Below are positions 24,501 through 34,085 of a stretch of 64,000 nt of DNA, piece by piece. Location: positions 51,770,001 to 51,834,000 of the forward strand of contig NC_135822.1 of assembly GCF_964213995.1 (NCBI RefSeq). Direction: 5' to 3'. The notes beneath the pieces were generated by a model that saw only the letters and a program-made list of their open reading frames with translations, searched no databases and was not told the DNA's origin. The stretch's first letter is position 1. Each line of letters begins with the position of its first letter. Source of the stretch: Mustelus asterias. Its lineage: Eukaryota. Made by a program: the position numbers and the translations under genes.

Positions 24501-25751
24501 GTAAGACTAACCGGCCTATAATTACCAGGGTCATTTCTATTCCCTTTCTTAAACAGAGGAACCACATTCGCCACTCTCCAGTCCTCCGGCACCACCCCCG
24601 TGGACAGTGAGGACGCAAAGATCAATGCCAAAGGCTCTGCAAACTCATCCCTTGCCTCCCAAAGAATCCTAGGATATATTTCATCAGGCCCAGGGGACTT
24701 ATCAACTTTCAGTTTATTCAAAATTGCTAGTACATCTTCCCTCCGAACATCTACTTCCTCCAGCCTATCAGCCTGTGACACCATCTCTTCCTCAAAACCA
24801 TGGCCCCTCTCCTTGGTGAACACCGAAGAAAAGTATTCATTCATCACCTCTCCTATCTCTTCTGACTCCATGCACAAATTCCCACTGCCGTCCTTGACCG
24901 GCCCCAGCCTCACACTGGTCTTTCTTTTATTCCTCACATAAGAGTAAAAAGCCTTGGGGTTTTCCTGGATCCGACCCGCGAAGGACTTCTCATGCCCCCT
25001 CCGAGCTCTCCTAAGCCCCTTTTTCAGCTCATTTCTTGCTAACTTGTAACCCTCCATCGAGCCAACTGAACCTTGTTTTCTCAACCTAACATACGCTTCC
25101 TTCTTCCTCTTGACGAGACATTCCACCTCTTTTGTGAACCATGATTCCCTCACTCGGCCATTTCCTCTCTGCCTGGCAGGGACATACCTATCAAGGACAT
25201 GCGGTATTTGTTCCTTGAAAAAGTTCCACTTATCATTAGTGCCTTTGCCTGACAATTTTTGTTCCCATCCTATGCTTCCTAATTCCTGCCTGATTGCATC
25301 ATAATTACTTCTCCCCCAATTGTAAACTATGCCCTGCCGTATGGCCCTCTCCCTCTCCATTGCAATAACAAAAAACACCGAATTGTGGTCTCTATCTCCA
25401 AAGTGCTCTCCCACAACCAAATCCAACACTTGGCCCGGCTCATTTCCCATTACTAAATCCAATGTGGCCCCACCTCTTGTCGGCTTATCCACATATTGTG
25501 TCAGGAACCCCTCCTGCACACACTGCACAAAAACTGCCCCATCCGAACTATTCGACCTATAAAGGTTCCAATCAATGTTTGGAATGTTAAAGTCCCCCAT
25601 GACGACTACCCTCTGACTTCCACACCTATCCATAATCTGCTTAGCAATTTCTTGCTAAAGTTCCCTTTCTCTCTCAATCCGTCCTCTCCCCCCGCTCTTT
25701 TCAGGTAAAATTGAGCATCAACACCAGGAGGCGCCATCCTCAGACATATGA
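6262..25751 (+). CDS. Group-B SRCR type-I membrane receptor, CD163/WC1/SCART-like, 5'-partial (13 exons, about 914 aa in window)
   Basis: Exons 6262-6573, 6712-7026, 8277-8591, 11769-12083, 14847-15161, 16095-16412, 16641-16958, 17124-17156, 17343-17459, 19079-19186, 20360-20470, 22430-22549, 25705-25751; all introns GT-AG and phase 1, all internal exon lengths multiples of 3, no internal stop on joining. Confidence 0.85.
6712..7026 (+). CDS. SRCR domain exon 2 (8 Cys, divergent)
   Basis: gctcag|ATCAC...TCTG|gtatgt; [16 protein letters not shown]...CGVALPTP...DVAVACS. Confidence 0.95.
7345..7622 (-). mobile_element. HE1-like V-SINE variant
   Basis: Reverse complement GTGGCACAGTGGTTAGCACTGCTGCCTCACAGTGCCAGGGACC; 3' part shared with the copy at 31383-31680. 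Confidence 0.85.
8277..8591 (+). CDS. SRCR domain exon 3 (8 Cys)
   Basis: aaacag|GAAAC...TCGG|gtaagt; [26 protein letters not shown]...DAGVICS. Confidence 0.97.
9398..9780 (+). mobile_element. Old SINE resembling LF-SINE
   Basis: Colinear blocks CTGACACTGCAGTGCA, GCAGGGCAGATATCCCGG..GGCCAACA..TATCCCT, TTGTGGGAG, CTGCTGCGTTTC..ACAATAGTG..ACTTCAA match the LF-SINE consensus as recalled. Confidence 0.55.
10489..10725 (-). mobile_element. HE1-like V-SINE with internal deletions
   Basis: CACATCTTTGGACTGTGAGAGGAAACCGGAGCACCCGGAGGAAACC is the antisense V-domain; ATAGAAT-type tail. Confidence 0.85.
11769..12083 (+). CDS. SRCR domain exon 4 (6 Cys, lacks C2 and C7)
   Basis: atgcag|ATGCA...TCAG|gtgagt; [27 protein letters not shown]...VGVLCS. 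Confidence 0.95.
12738..13066. other. Assembly gap (329 N)
   Basis: N run; right flank begins inside a CR1 RT 3' region. Confidence 1.
13067..13555 (+). mobile_element. CR1 LINE 3' end (young subfamily)
   Basis: [14 protein letters not shown]...GRFFTQRVV; (TTCTATG)n tail; highly similar to 23149-23620 (-) and 61975-62452. Confidence 0.95.
13556..14003. repeat. (TATC/TGTC)n microsatellite spanning a 302-N gap (13632-13933)
   Basis: Tetranucleotide repeats on both sides of the gap, continuing from the CR1 tail. Confidence 0.85.
14847..15161 (+). CDS. SRCR domain exon 5 (9 Cys)
   Basis: tgtcag|AACAC...TCAG|gtaatg; [18 protein letters not shown]...EDVKVMCS. Confidence 0.97.
16095..16412 (+). 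CDS. SRCR domain exon 6 (8 Cys)
   Basis: cgacag|AGCAC...TCAA|gtaaga; [26 protein letters not shown]...EDAGVVCS. Confidence 0.97.
16641..16958 (+). CDS. SRCR domain exon 7, membrane-proximal (9 Cys)
   Basis: tgacag|ATTCT...TCCG|gtaagt; [23 protein letters not shown]...CGPAL...AANVICS. Confidence 0.97.
17124..17156 (+). CDS. 33-nt Pro/Ser/Thr linker exon ([11 protein letters not shown])
   Basis: ggccag|AATTG...GCAG|gtactt, phase 1 at both ends, frame-preserving, stalk-like composition. Confidence 0.7.
17343..17459 (+). CDS. Transmembrane exon
   Basis: cattcag|GACAG...AAAG|gtgagg; [24 protein letters not shown] followed by the basic stop-transfer RKNSKRK. Confidence 0.92.
18200..18950. repeat. 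Degenerate (CA)n/(CT)n low-complexity tract
   Basis: Interleaved ACAC and TCTC runs in the intron between the TM and first cytoplasmic exon. Confidence 0.75.
19079..19186 (+). CDS. Cytoplasmic exon 1 with YQTIYEEI motif
   Basis: ccaacag|GAGCT...TCAG|gtttgt; [36 protein letters not shown]. Confidence 0.85.
20360..20470 (+). CDS. Cytoplasmic exon 2
   Basis: ttttaacag|TTCCT...CACG|gtgagt; [37 protein letters not shown]. Confidence 0.8.
20992..21798 (+). mobile_element. 5'-truncated CR1 LINE
   Basis: CEVMHFGR...[18 protein letters not shown]...; (TTCTTTG)n tail. Confidence 0.95.
21880..22205 (+). mobile_element. HE1-like V-SINE
   Basis: tRNA-like head, V-domain, GATGGGCCGAATG tail. Confidence 0.8.
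22430..22549 (+). CDS. Cytoplasmic exon 3
   Basis: tttccag|GTCTG...CTCG|gtgaga; [40 protein letters not shown]. Confidence 0.75.
23149..25653 (-). mobile_element. Young 5'-truncated CR1 LINE (endonuclease C-half plus RT), antisense in the last SRCR intron
   Basis: 479-aa ORF 24194..25633 ([25 protein letters not shown]), then 23816..24019 and 23233..23853; (CATAGAA)n tail at 23149. Confidence 0.97.
25705..25751 (+). CDS. Putative terminal coding exon ([15 protein letters not shown])
   Basis: Long polypyrimidine tract 25660-25704 ending in CAG, phase-1 compatible, TGA at 25749-25751, U-rich downstream sequence with ATTAAA at 26108. Confidence 0.55.
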
Positions 25752-26107
25752 CGCACTTCCAGAAATAGTCTGCGTTGCAAAGAAGAGAAGAAACCAACTG
25801 TTCCAACAGTGAGGTCATACCGAAAGTGCTTTTCTTTGCGAATAGTGAACCGAGTTATCTTATTGAATACCACACAACAATGTGTCAAGGTATCTAGATT
25901 CTTTTTGAAGGAATATTCTGCATTCAAATCAATAGTTTTATTTCTGAAACTGACTATTTCCCGTCCATTGGGAAAAAAATCATTGAGCTGTACTCCATAG
26001 ATCTCTGGAAAAAGTGTTGCTTTCAATAACTGACATGAATTCATGAAGTGTTTTTTTCAAACTTAATTTTGTTATCCCTTTATTTTATTATATTTTGTGC
26101 TTTTGCC

Positions 26108-26113
26108 ATTAAA
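26108..26113 (+). promoter_or_regulatory. Candidate polyadenylation signal (ATTAAA) of the SRCR gene
   Basis: Variant hexamer about 360 nt after the predicted stop, in U-rich context. Confidence 0.35.
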
Positions 26114-26167
26114 TATGGATTTGAATAAGCAAATTAATGTTTTATCTCCTCTTATTATACTTGCTAT

Positions 26168-27725
26168 CTTTGATTACTAGCTCAGTAACATCAACAACAC
26201 AGCACTAATATGATCAGGGAAAGCAACATTGAATGTAGGTAGGCCTTTACTTTCAAAATCAGTAACATCACCCTCACAATTCTACGATGACCACGTGAAG
26301 CCTGCCTGAAAGTAAGCCTTTTGTTCCTTCTTCAGTAGCATTGCCATCACAAAACCAAAATAACCAGGGAAAGCAAGGTTGACTGTATTGATGTTGTTAC
26401 TAACTCAGTAACATCGACATCAAAACACCCAATTTAATCGGGAAAGTGATGTTAAATGTAGGCGTTTGGTTACTAACTCAGTAACATCGGCATCACAACT
26501 CCACTATGATCAGGGAAAGAAATTGTTAATGCAGACCTCAGTTTAGAAAGAGAGTAAAATAGCCATCCAAACATTAATGTGATCAGGGAAAGAAAGACTG
26601 TTGGCTTTTGGTTAATAACCCACGAAATCGCCATCACAGCACCACATTGATCTCTTAAAGCAAGGTTGAATATAGGAATTTGGTTACTAACTCAGTAACA
26701 TCATCACCACAGTACCAACAAGATCGCGTAATACAAGCTTGATTATTGTATTTTCTACGTCAGTAACATCACCATTGTAGCACCACAATGACCAGGGAAG
26801 CAGTGTTGACATTTGGCCTTTGCTGACTAATTCAGTAACATCGTCATCATAGCACCGCAATGGTCAGGGAAAACAGGGTCGCATTTAAGCCTTTGATTAC
26901 AAGGTGAGTAACATCGCAATCAGAGCACCATTGTCATCACGGGAATCATGTATGAATGTAGGACTTTGGTTATTAACTCAGTCATAATACCAAAAAGCAT
27001 CACGATGGTCAGGGGAAGCAAGATTGAATGTATGCCTTTGGATACTGACTCAGTAACATTGACTTGCCATTGCAGCTTCACAATTATTAGGGAAAGTGAG
27101 GTTGAAAGGCAGCAATTAGATACTAATTCGGTAACATCACGGTTACATTAACACTATGGCCAGGGAGAGGAACATTGAATGTGGGCATTTGATTCCACAT
27201 TCAGTAACATCACCGTCATAGCACCACAATGATGTGGGAAAGAAAAGTTGAATGTTGTTCTTTTATTACATATTTAGTAATATTGCCATCATAGCACATA
27301 TATGATCATGGAATGTAGATCTTTGCTTACTAACCCATTAACGTCGAAATGAGAGCTCCACACTGAGCAGGGAAAACAAGATTGAAAGGAGGCCATTGGC
27401 TACTAACTCAGCAAGATCGTCGTTACAGCACTAATATGAACAGGGTAAGCCTTTGTTTATTAGGTGAGTAACATTGCCATTAGAGAATTACAATTGTGAT
27501 GGAAAACAAGCAGGCCTTTGGTAACTAGTTCAGCAACATTCCATAAAGCACCATTGTATTCTGGGATAGCAAGTTTCCATCTAAACGTTTGGTTAACAAC
27601 TCAGCAACTTCACCATCACAGAACAAACATGATCACTGAAAGCAAAGTAGAATGTAAGCCTTTGATTAATAACTCAGTAACATCACCATCACAACACCAT
27701 CTTGATCACGGAAAACAAGGTTCAA
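26168..27725. repeat. Diverged tandem array, about 22 copies of a 73-bp unit
   Basis: TCAGTAACA-like anchor recurs about every 73 nt (26182, 26259, 26332, 26405, 26478 ... 27601, 27673); eye consensus GCCTTTGGTTACTAACTCAGTAACATCGCCATCACAGCACCACAATGATCAGGGAAAGCAAGGTTGAATGTAG. Confidence 0.92.
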
Positions 27726-27934
27726 TGCCATCCTCAACACTGAGCTGGTCTTCGTCCGTTCGGAAGTGTTTTCTTTCATCTGACGGCTGTCGTCTAAACC
27801 CTACATATCAAATGAAGTTTTATTTTTACTTTAATTTGGACAGGACTGCGTCCGTTTGTGTCCAGTCCTTGACATGTTTCCCAGACACTGGCAAGTTGTC
27901 GAAATATTTAGTGTCAGCACAGCATCATCCACAA

Positions 27935-28540
27935 CTGGTTGGAATGTATTGTTGAAGTTGTACAAGACATTGGTAAGATTACACTTGGAATACTGTATGC
28001 AATTCTGGTCGGCCTATTATAGAAAGGATATTATTAAACTAGAAAGAGTGCAGAAAATATTTACTAGGATGCTCCCAGGACTTGAGGGATTGAGTTATAA
28101 GGAAAGGCTGGATAGACGGGGACATTTCTCTGAAGCGTAGGAGGCTGAGGGGTGAACTTATAGAGGTCTATAAAATAATCAGGGGCATAGATCATCTCGA
28201 GAGTCAATATCTTTTCCCAAAGGTAGTGGAGTCTAAATCAAGAGGGCACAGGTTTAACATGAGAGAGGAGAGCTACAAAAGTGTCCAGACGGGCATTTTT
28301 TTCACACAGAGGATAGTGAGTGTCTGGAACAAGCTGTCAGAGGTAGTAGTGGAGGCGGGTACAATTTTGTCTTTTAAAAAGCATTTAGATAGTTACATGG
28401 GTACGATGGGTATAGAGGGATATGGGACAAATGCGGGCAATTGGGATTAGCTTAGGGTTTTAAAAATAAAAGGGCGGCATGGACAAGTTGGGCCGAACGG
28501 CCTGTTTCCATGCTGTAAATCTCTCTGACTCTATGACTCT
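27935..28540 (+). mobile_element. CR1 LINE 3' end
   Basis: LYKTLVRLHLEYCMQFWS...; (CTCTATGA)n tail. Confidence 0.92.
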
Positions 28541-28899
28541 CGGAAGCAGAGCACAGACTTCAGGACAACTGTAGACGACTCAGTACAGCAGCATTAGTTA
28601 TCATGAACCGAGGGTGGAACTCTCGCAGGCAGACTTATACCACCAGTAACAAGGCCCGATGATATATCCGGGCACAGGTAATGGGGGAGGAGGGGGTGGG
28701 GGTTGCATTTCTTCTTTAAAAAGTCAGAACAGAGGTTTATGATCAGTCACTACAATGTAGCATCTACCGTAGACATATTGATGGAACCTCAACACCGAAA
28801 ACCACTGCCAACCCCACTGTCTAGATCTGGGAAAATAGAGAAACAAGCCAGTCTGCACCCTTTCAACACTATGTCACAGACATCGAAATATGTAATAAT

Positions 28900-29072
28900 G
28901 TTAGGTTGATTGGCCAGGTTAAAAATTGCCCCTTAGAGTCCTGGGATGTGTAGGTTAGAGGGATTAGCGGGTAGATATGTGGGGGTGGGGCCTGGGTGGG
29001 ATTGTGGTCGGTGCAGACTCGATGGGCCGAGTGGCCTCCTTCTGCACTGTAGGGTTTCTATGATTCTATGAT
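28900..29072 (+). mobile_element. HE1-like SINE 3' half
   Basis: GATGGGCCGAGTGGCCTCCTTCTGCACTGTAGGG(TTCTATGA)n; reverse complement of part of 50088-50351. Confidence 0.85.
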
Positions 29073-29866
29073 TTACATTTATTTCAATTAAACTCCATCT
29101 GCCATTCGTCAGCTCACTGTCCCAATTGATCAAGATCCCGTTGCCATCAGAGATAATCTTCCTTACTGACCACTATCCCACCAATCTTGGTGTCATCTGC
29201 AAACTTACGAACCATGCCTCCTATATTCTCATCCAAATCATTAATATAAATGACAAATAACAGTGTACCCAGCACTGACCTCTGAGGCACACCGCTGGAC
29301 ACATTTCTCCAGATTGAAAAACAACCCTCTACAACCACCCGCTGGCTTCTGTCATCAAGCCAGTCTTGTATCCATTTTGCTACCCCTGCCTGGATCCCGT
29401 GAGATTGAACCTGATGCGAGAACCTACCATGTGGTACCTTGTCAAAGGCCTTGCTAAAGTACATGTAGATAGCATCAACTGCACTGTCCTCATCGGCCTT
29501 TTTGGTTACCCCTTCAAAAAACTCAATCAAATTTGTGAAACATGGTTTTCCACTCACAAAGCCATGTTGACTATCCCTCATCTGTCCTTGTGTCTGGAAA
29601 TGCCTGCAGATTATCTCTCTCAAAATACCTTCCAAGAAATTACCCACGACAGATGTGAGGCTCACCGGCCTGTAGTTCCGAAGCAGCCGTTTGCAAACAA
29701 AGGCACAACATTTGCCATCTTCCAATCTTCAGGCGCCTCACCTGTCACGATCGATGATTCAAATATCGCTGCGAGATGACCCGCAATTTCCTCCCTAGCC
29801 TCACACAATGTCCTGGGATACACTGCATCAGCGCCCTGGGATTGATCTACCTTGATGCGCTTTAAG
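29073..29866 (-). mobile_element. CR1 RT fragment
   Basis: ORF 29147..29725: [22 protein letters not shown]. Confidence 0.92.
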
Positions 29867-29887
29867 ACAAAACTGGCAACAAGTGAG

Positions 29888-29975
29888 CTCTCGTCCGGGA
29901 TTTGAACCTGGGATCTCTCACAAACTCAGTCAGCGAAGCCCCCAAAGTGAGAATCATACCACTAGACAAACGGCG
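29888..29975 (-). tRNA. tRNA-Pro(TGG)-like gene or pseudogene with an 18-nt intron-like insert (29923-29940)
   Basis: Minus strand reads CGCCGTTTGTCTAGTGGTATGATT-CTCAC-TT-TGG-G-[GGCTTCGCTGACTGAGTT]-T-GTGAG-AGATCCCAGGTTCAAATCCCGGACGAG, matching vertebrate tRNA-Pro; A and B boxes present, TTTT about 15 nt downstream; acceptor stem damaged and one T-stem mismatch. Confidence 0.85.
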
Positions 29976-31382
29976 TGATAACTATAAAGGACACGGTGAT
30001 TAACAACCGGCAAAAGACGCTCAGATGTAGCAAATTTTTCCCTTAAACGGGAGGTAATAATAAACAGTTGTTTGGATTTGTCGATGAATTAGTGTATTTG
30101 CGTTTTCCACAGTATCCACCGAGATAGTTACCTCAAAGAAGTTCGAAACGCTCCTCCTCGAAGCACACTTTATCATCTTCTCTCATAATAATACTTTCCA
30201 TTAACTGTGTGCACTCCACAATTGATCCACGTTTTGCAAAAAAACACGCATCAACAGAGCCTCTGTTCTACTTTAACAAGCAAATCCACGGCATCAACGC
30301 ATTTTAGGATGTGTTTGTCTGACTGCTTTTCCACTTGCAAATTCAGATACTGAGCCACCAGCGACATATGTTTCAATGAACGTTTTGCCTGCGTTCAGTC
30401 TCTGCAAATCATAGCAGACCGCATTGGAAGAAGTGAATATAGATTACCTCCTTTAAAGACGTGAAAGTGAACTTCTCGAACAATTGAGATGAGGTTTGTG
30501 CCCTTGCCAGTGAGGAGGAAAACCTCCTGATAAAAAATTGGTTTCACACGTGCATGGCATGCAAATGTGCCTGCTGGAAAGATCAGTAATTTGCTTTATT
30601 TTATGTGTTACCTCTATTGGTGCATTGTTTCTTCTTTTGCTACCAACTGAATATATTCTGAACGTTGCTTTCATTTTCCAGCGCATTTGTTGATCTGGTG
30701 GGTTATTTTTCTGATTGTTCCCAGCATTTCAATATTAAGCAAGAAGTTTGCTTTCCTTTATTCACATAATAACAAAAATTCAGATCAATTCACATTTACT
30801 CATACAATTAATTTCATCTGCCCATGAGCTTAACATGTGAAAAACATCACTGAAGCCTCCTTGAAAACATGTCACAGCTTACATTGTCACTTCTATCTGT
30901 GGCTGTTCCTGGGCTGCCTCCAACCTTGCAATTGGCTGATATTTGGAATGTTCCAAAGAGACCGAGTTTCTATACTCGGGGTGATCAAAATTTTTCGAAT
31001 CTGAGACGTGCCAGAGCATGTAAAGGGTCAGTTTCTCGGACGGGGCAGCGCAAGGGGATCTTCTTACGCAGGATTCGCAACAGTTCTGAACAAGGGTCTG
31101 ATCTGCCGTTGACCAGATGTTTTTGTTAAACTGGGGATGCCTCGAGATTGCAAAGGAATTGAATCTGGGATCAACTGAACCCACGCGAGCTTCAACCCTT
31201 GGAGCAGCAGATGCTGAGAAGTATCTGAAGAAGTATGAGAATTCTATGCATTTGGGAATTTCGAGATTGTGGTTGCTGGAATCTGTTTTGGTCATAATTT
31301 TGACAAGGAGCTCATCCAGGGGCCGTTTAGAACTTGTGCAGATTATAATCCCAAAACAGAAGAGGAACTACTGGTGGCCTTG

Positions 31383-31680
31383 GGGCAGCAAGATGGCAAT
31401 GTGGTTAGAACTGCTTCCTCACAGTGCCCGGAACACGGGTTCAATTGAAGTTTCAGGTACTGTCTGTGTGGAGTCTGTACGGAGTTCGCCCAGTGTCTAC
31501 ATTTTTTTTCGAGGTGCTTTGGTTTCCTCCCCCAGTCTGAAAGACGTGTTGGTTAGGTGCACTGACCATGCTAAATTACCCCTCACTGGACCCGAACAGT
31601 CGCCGGAGTGTGACGACTCGTACATTTTCTCAGTAACTTCATTGCAGTGTTAATCAAGCCCACTTGTAACAGTAATCCAT
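31383..31680 (+). mobile_element. HE1-like V-SINE variant
   Basis: GGGGCAGCAAGATGGCAATGTGGTTAG head, V-domain, tail shared with 7345-7622. Confidence 0.8.
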
Positions 31681-32414
31681 TTTAAAAAAAAAAATGGCGT
31701 TCTTAAGGAAGGAAGTTTTGAATCCGTGCAGATTCTGATCCAGGAATGAATGATCACAAAACGGAAGTGCAACTGCCGTTGGTATTGGGATGAATCTGAA
31801 GAGTGAAATGTCAATGGCGACATCAGAATTTGTTGACAATCCGGTATGTGGATGTATCTGGTCCAGGAAGGAACTGGAACTAAAAAAGACCGATCAAGAA
31901 TCCCCAGATGGTCTGCAAATTTGAGATATAAAAGCAGCTGTGAATGTCCAAATATGTGAACGGTCAGCAACCGAGGATGGAGTGAAACTAGGGAGAGCAG
32001 GAAAATGGGACGGATGTGGAAACCATTGGGTGCGCGCCTCGGGAGTTTGTGAACTTGGGTACGGTACGAAGCTGAGAAGATTTTTATTCTGAGGTGTTCA
32101 GGAATATGAACGTCCAATATTTGGTTGAGGCGGATGGTGGTGTTAATCGCTAATTCCCAGTGTCTTATTGTGGCGTGTTCGCTCTGAGGAGAAAAAAAAG
32201 ACTGCTACTTATATTAATAGCTGGAAAACGATTTCCTTCAGACACGCAAAGCCTTATTAAAACAAATATAGATATGCCACGGTTATGGTTTGCTCCAAGC
32301 TACAATATATGTTTGCTTTTTTTTGGTGCTGAAACCCTCTTCTTGCTGTGTGGCTCGGATGCTGAGAACTGTTTGTAGTAATTTCTGGTTTATTTTTGTT
32401 TCTCACTCTCACAG

Positions 32415-33324
32415 TTAACTTGCTGGCCATTGTTGTGCTATCCCGTTGGAAGTGCGGCCTCTCCACCTGTACCTCTTGCTATCTGGTGGCCATGGCAACA
32501 GCGGATCTACTGGTCATCGGCACCGATGTCTTTTGGAGGTGGATCAATATTTATTATTTCCCACTGTCTTTCCTATACATCACTCCAGTGTGTCGAGTCA
32601 TCCTCGTCCTGACTCGGGAGGCCAAGGACTGTTCTGTCTGGTTCACTGTCACTTTCTCCTTCGATCGATTTGTGGCCATTTGTTGTCGCAAGCTGAAAAC
32701 GAAATATTGCACCACAAAGACTGCAGCAGTGGTTCTCGCAACAACATTCATTCTGCTCTGTTTGAAACATATTCCTTCTACTTTACATATCAAACAGGAG
32801 AGATAGTCAACAATGTACATTGGTTCTGTGATATTATTCCAAGCTATTTCACCGAGCCAGTATGGGTGGCGTTTGACTGGGTTGATACAATTTTAACCCC
32901 ATTGTTCCCATTCGTTTTAATTGTCTTGCTTAACGCTCTGACAGTCAGACACGTTTTAGTGGCCAGTCGAGTCCGTCAGGATTTGAGGGGTCACAGCAAG
33001 GGAGGGAATCGCAGAGACACAGAGATGGAGAGCAGAAGGAAGTCAGTGATTTTACTTTTCACCATATCTGGCACCTTCATTCTTCTGTGGTCGGCAACAA
33101 TTCTAAAATTCCGACATTATACCATCACTGGAACAAACCCAGTGGACTACCGGGATTATCTGTATGTCCTCTCTCGGGTCGAATTGATGTTGCAGGATTT
33201 AAGTTGCTGCACGAATACATTTATTTATATGGTGACTCAGTCCAAATTCAGAGCACTGGTGAAAGGTGCAATGCAGTATCCGATCACATCATTAATTCGA
33301 CGAAGAGTTAAAGAAAACAATTGA
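32415..33324 (+). pseudogene. GPR139/GPR142-like class A GPCR, main exon with one frameshift
   Basis: ctcacag|TTAAC phase-1 acceptor before VNLLAIVVLS; YLVAMATADLL (TM2), FSFDRFVAICC (TM3), frameshift near 32775, then LTPLFPFVLIVLLNALT (TM5), SCCTNTFIY (TM7), QSKFR (helix 8), TGA ending at 33324. Confidence 0.88.
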
Positions 33325-33409
33325 GTGCCGCCTGGAATCAGTCCCGTGGTCAGTTGGCCCTCGTCAGATGGCGGGAGTTGGACTGATGCAAGATGGGAAA
33401 CTAAATATA

Positions 33410-34085
33410 ATAATATGAAGTAAAAATAATAAACCAGACCAAAAGAAGAAATTGAACAACATAAAAGGAAATGGGTTGAAGATGGAGGGGACAGTTCATG
33501 TTGAACTCACTGTTTAGTCCAGAAGGCATCCAAAGGGCGCAAATGAAAGATGAAAAAAGGACGGCATGGACAGGCTCAGCCGAAGAGCCTGTGCCCATGC
33601 TGTAAAACTCTATGACTCTATGACTCTTTGAGGTTCTGTTCCTCCAGTTTGAATTGGGATTCGCCAAACATTGCAAAGGTCAAGTACTGAAATATGGATA
33701 GGAGAGGATGGTGGTGTGTTGAGTTGCCAAGTGACAGGAAGTTCTGGGTCCTGCTTGCGGATGCTCTGAAGGTGCTCAGCAAAGCACTCAACCAGTCTGA
33801 GTTTGGTCTCTCTGATGTAGAATAGACTGCATTGGGAGTAGCTAATACAATAGACCAGAGTGAAGGAGGCGCACGTGAAGTGCCGCTTCACCTGAAAGGA
33901 GTTTTTAGGACTCGGGATGGTGAGCAAGGAAGAGGTAAAGAGGTAGATGTTGCAACTTCAACGATGTCGGAGTGGACCAGGGTATCCTGGAGGGAATAGA
34001 CTCTGACGGGGAGTGATGTGTTGAGTGGTGGTATCATGCTGGGGTAGGCAGACATGGCAGAGGATGATTCTCTGAATGAGAATGA
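33410..34085 (-). mobile_element. Penelope-like element fragment (GIY-YIG region), interrupted by a short CR1 tail (about 33545-33627)
   Basis: ORF 33610..33927 FTCASFTLVYCISYSQCSLFYIRETKLRLVECFAEH. Confidence 0.85.

Noticed and set aside
6262-25751. Gene symbol DMBT1, CD163 or WC1
   Set aside because: No CUB/ZP domains, and orthology cannot be established by eye from a partial gene
26168-27725. CRISPR-like array (periodic palindromic motif)
   Set aside because: Sequences between palindromes are homologous to each other rather than unique spacers; eukaryotic context with no cas genes
32060-32105. Exon 1 of the first GPR139-like copy (GAGAAGATTTTT...GGTGTTCAGG)
   Set aside because: Too short, no hydrophobic TM1 stretch, no GT donor
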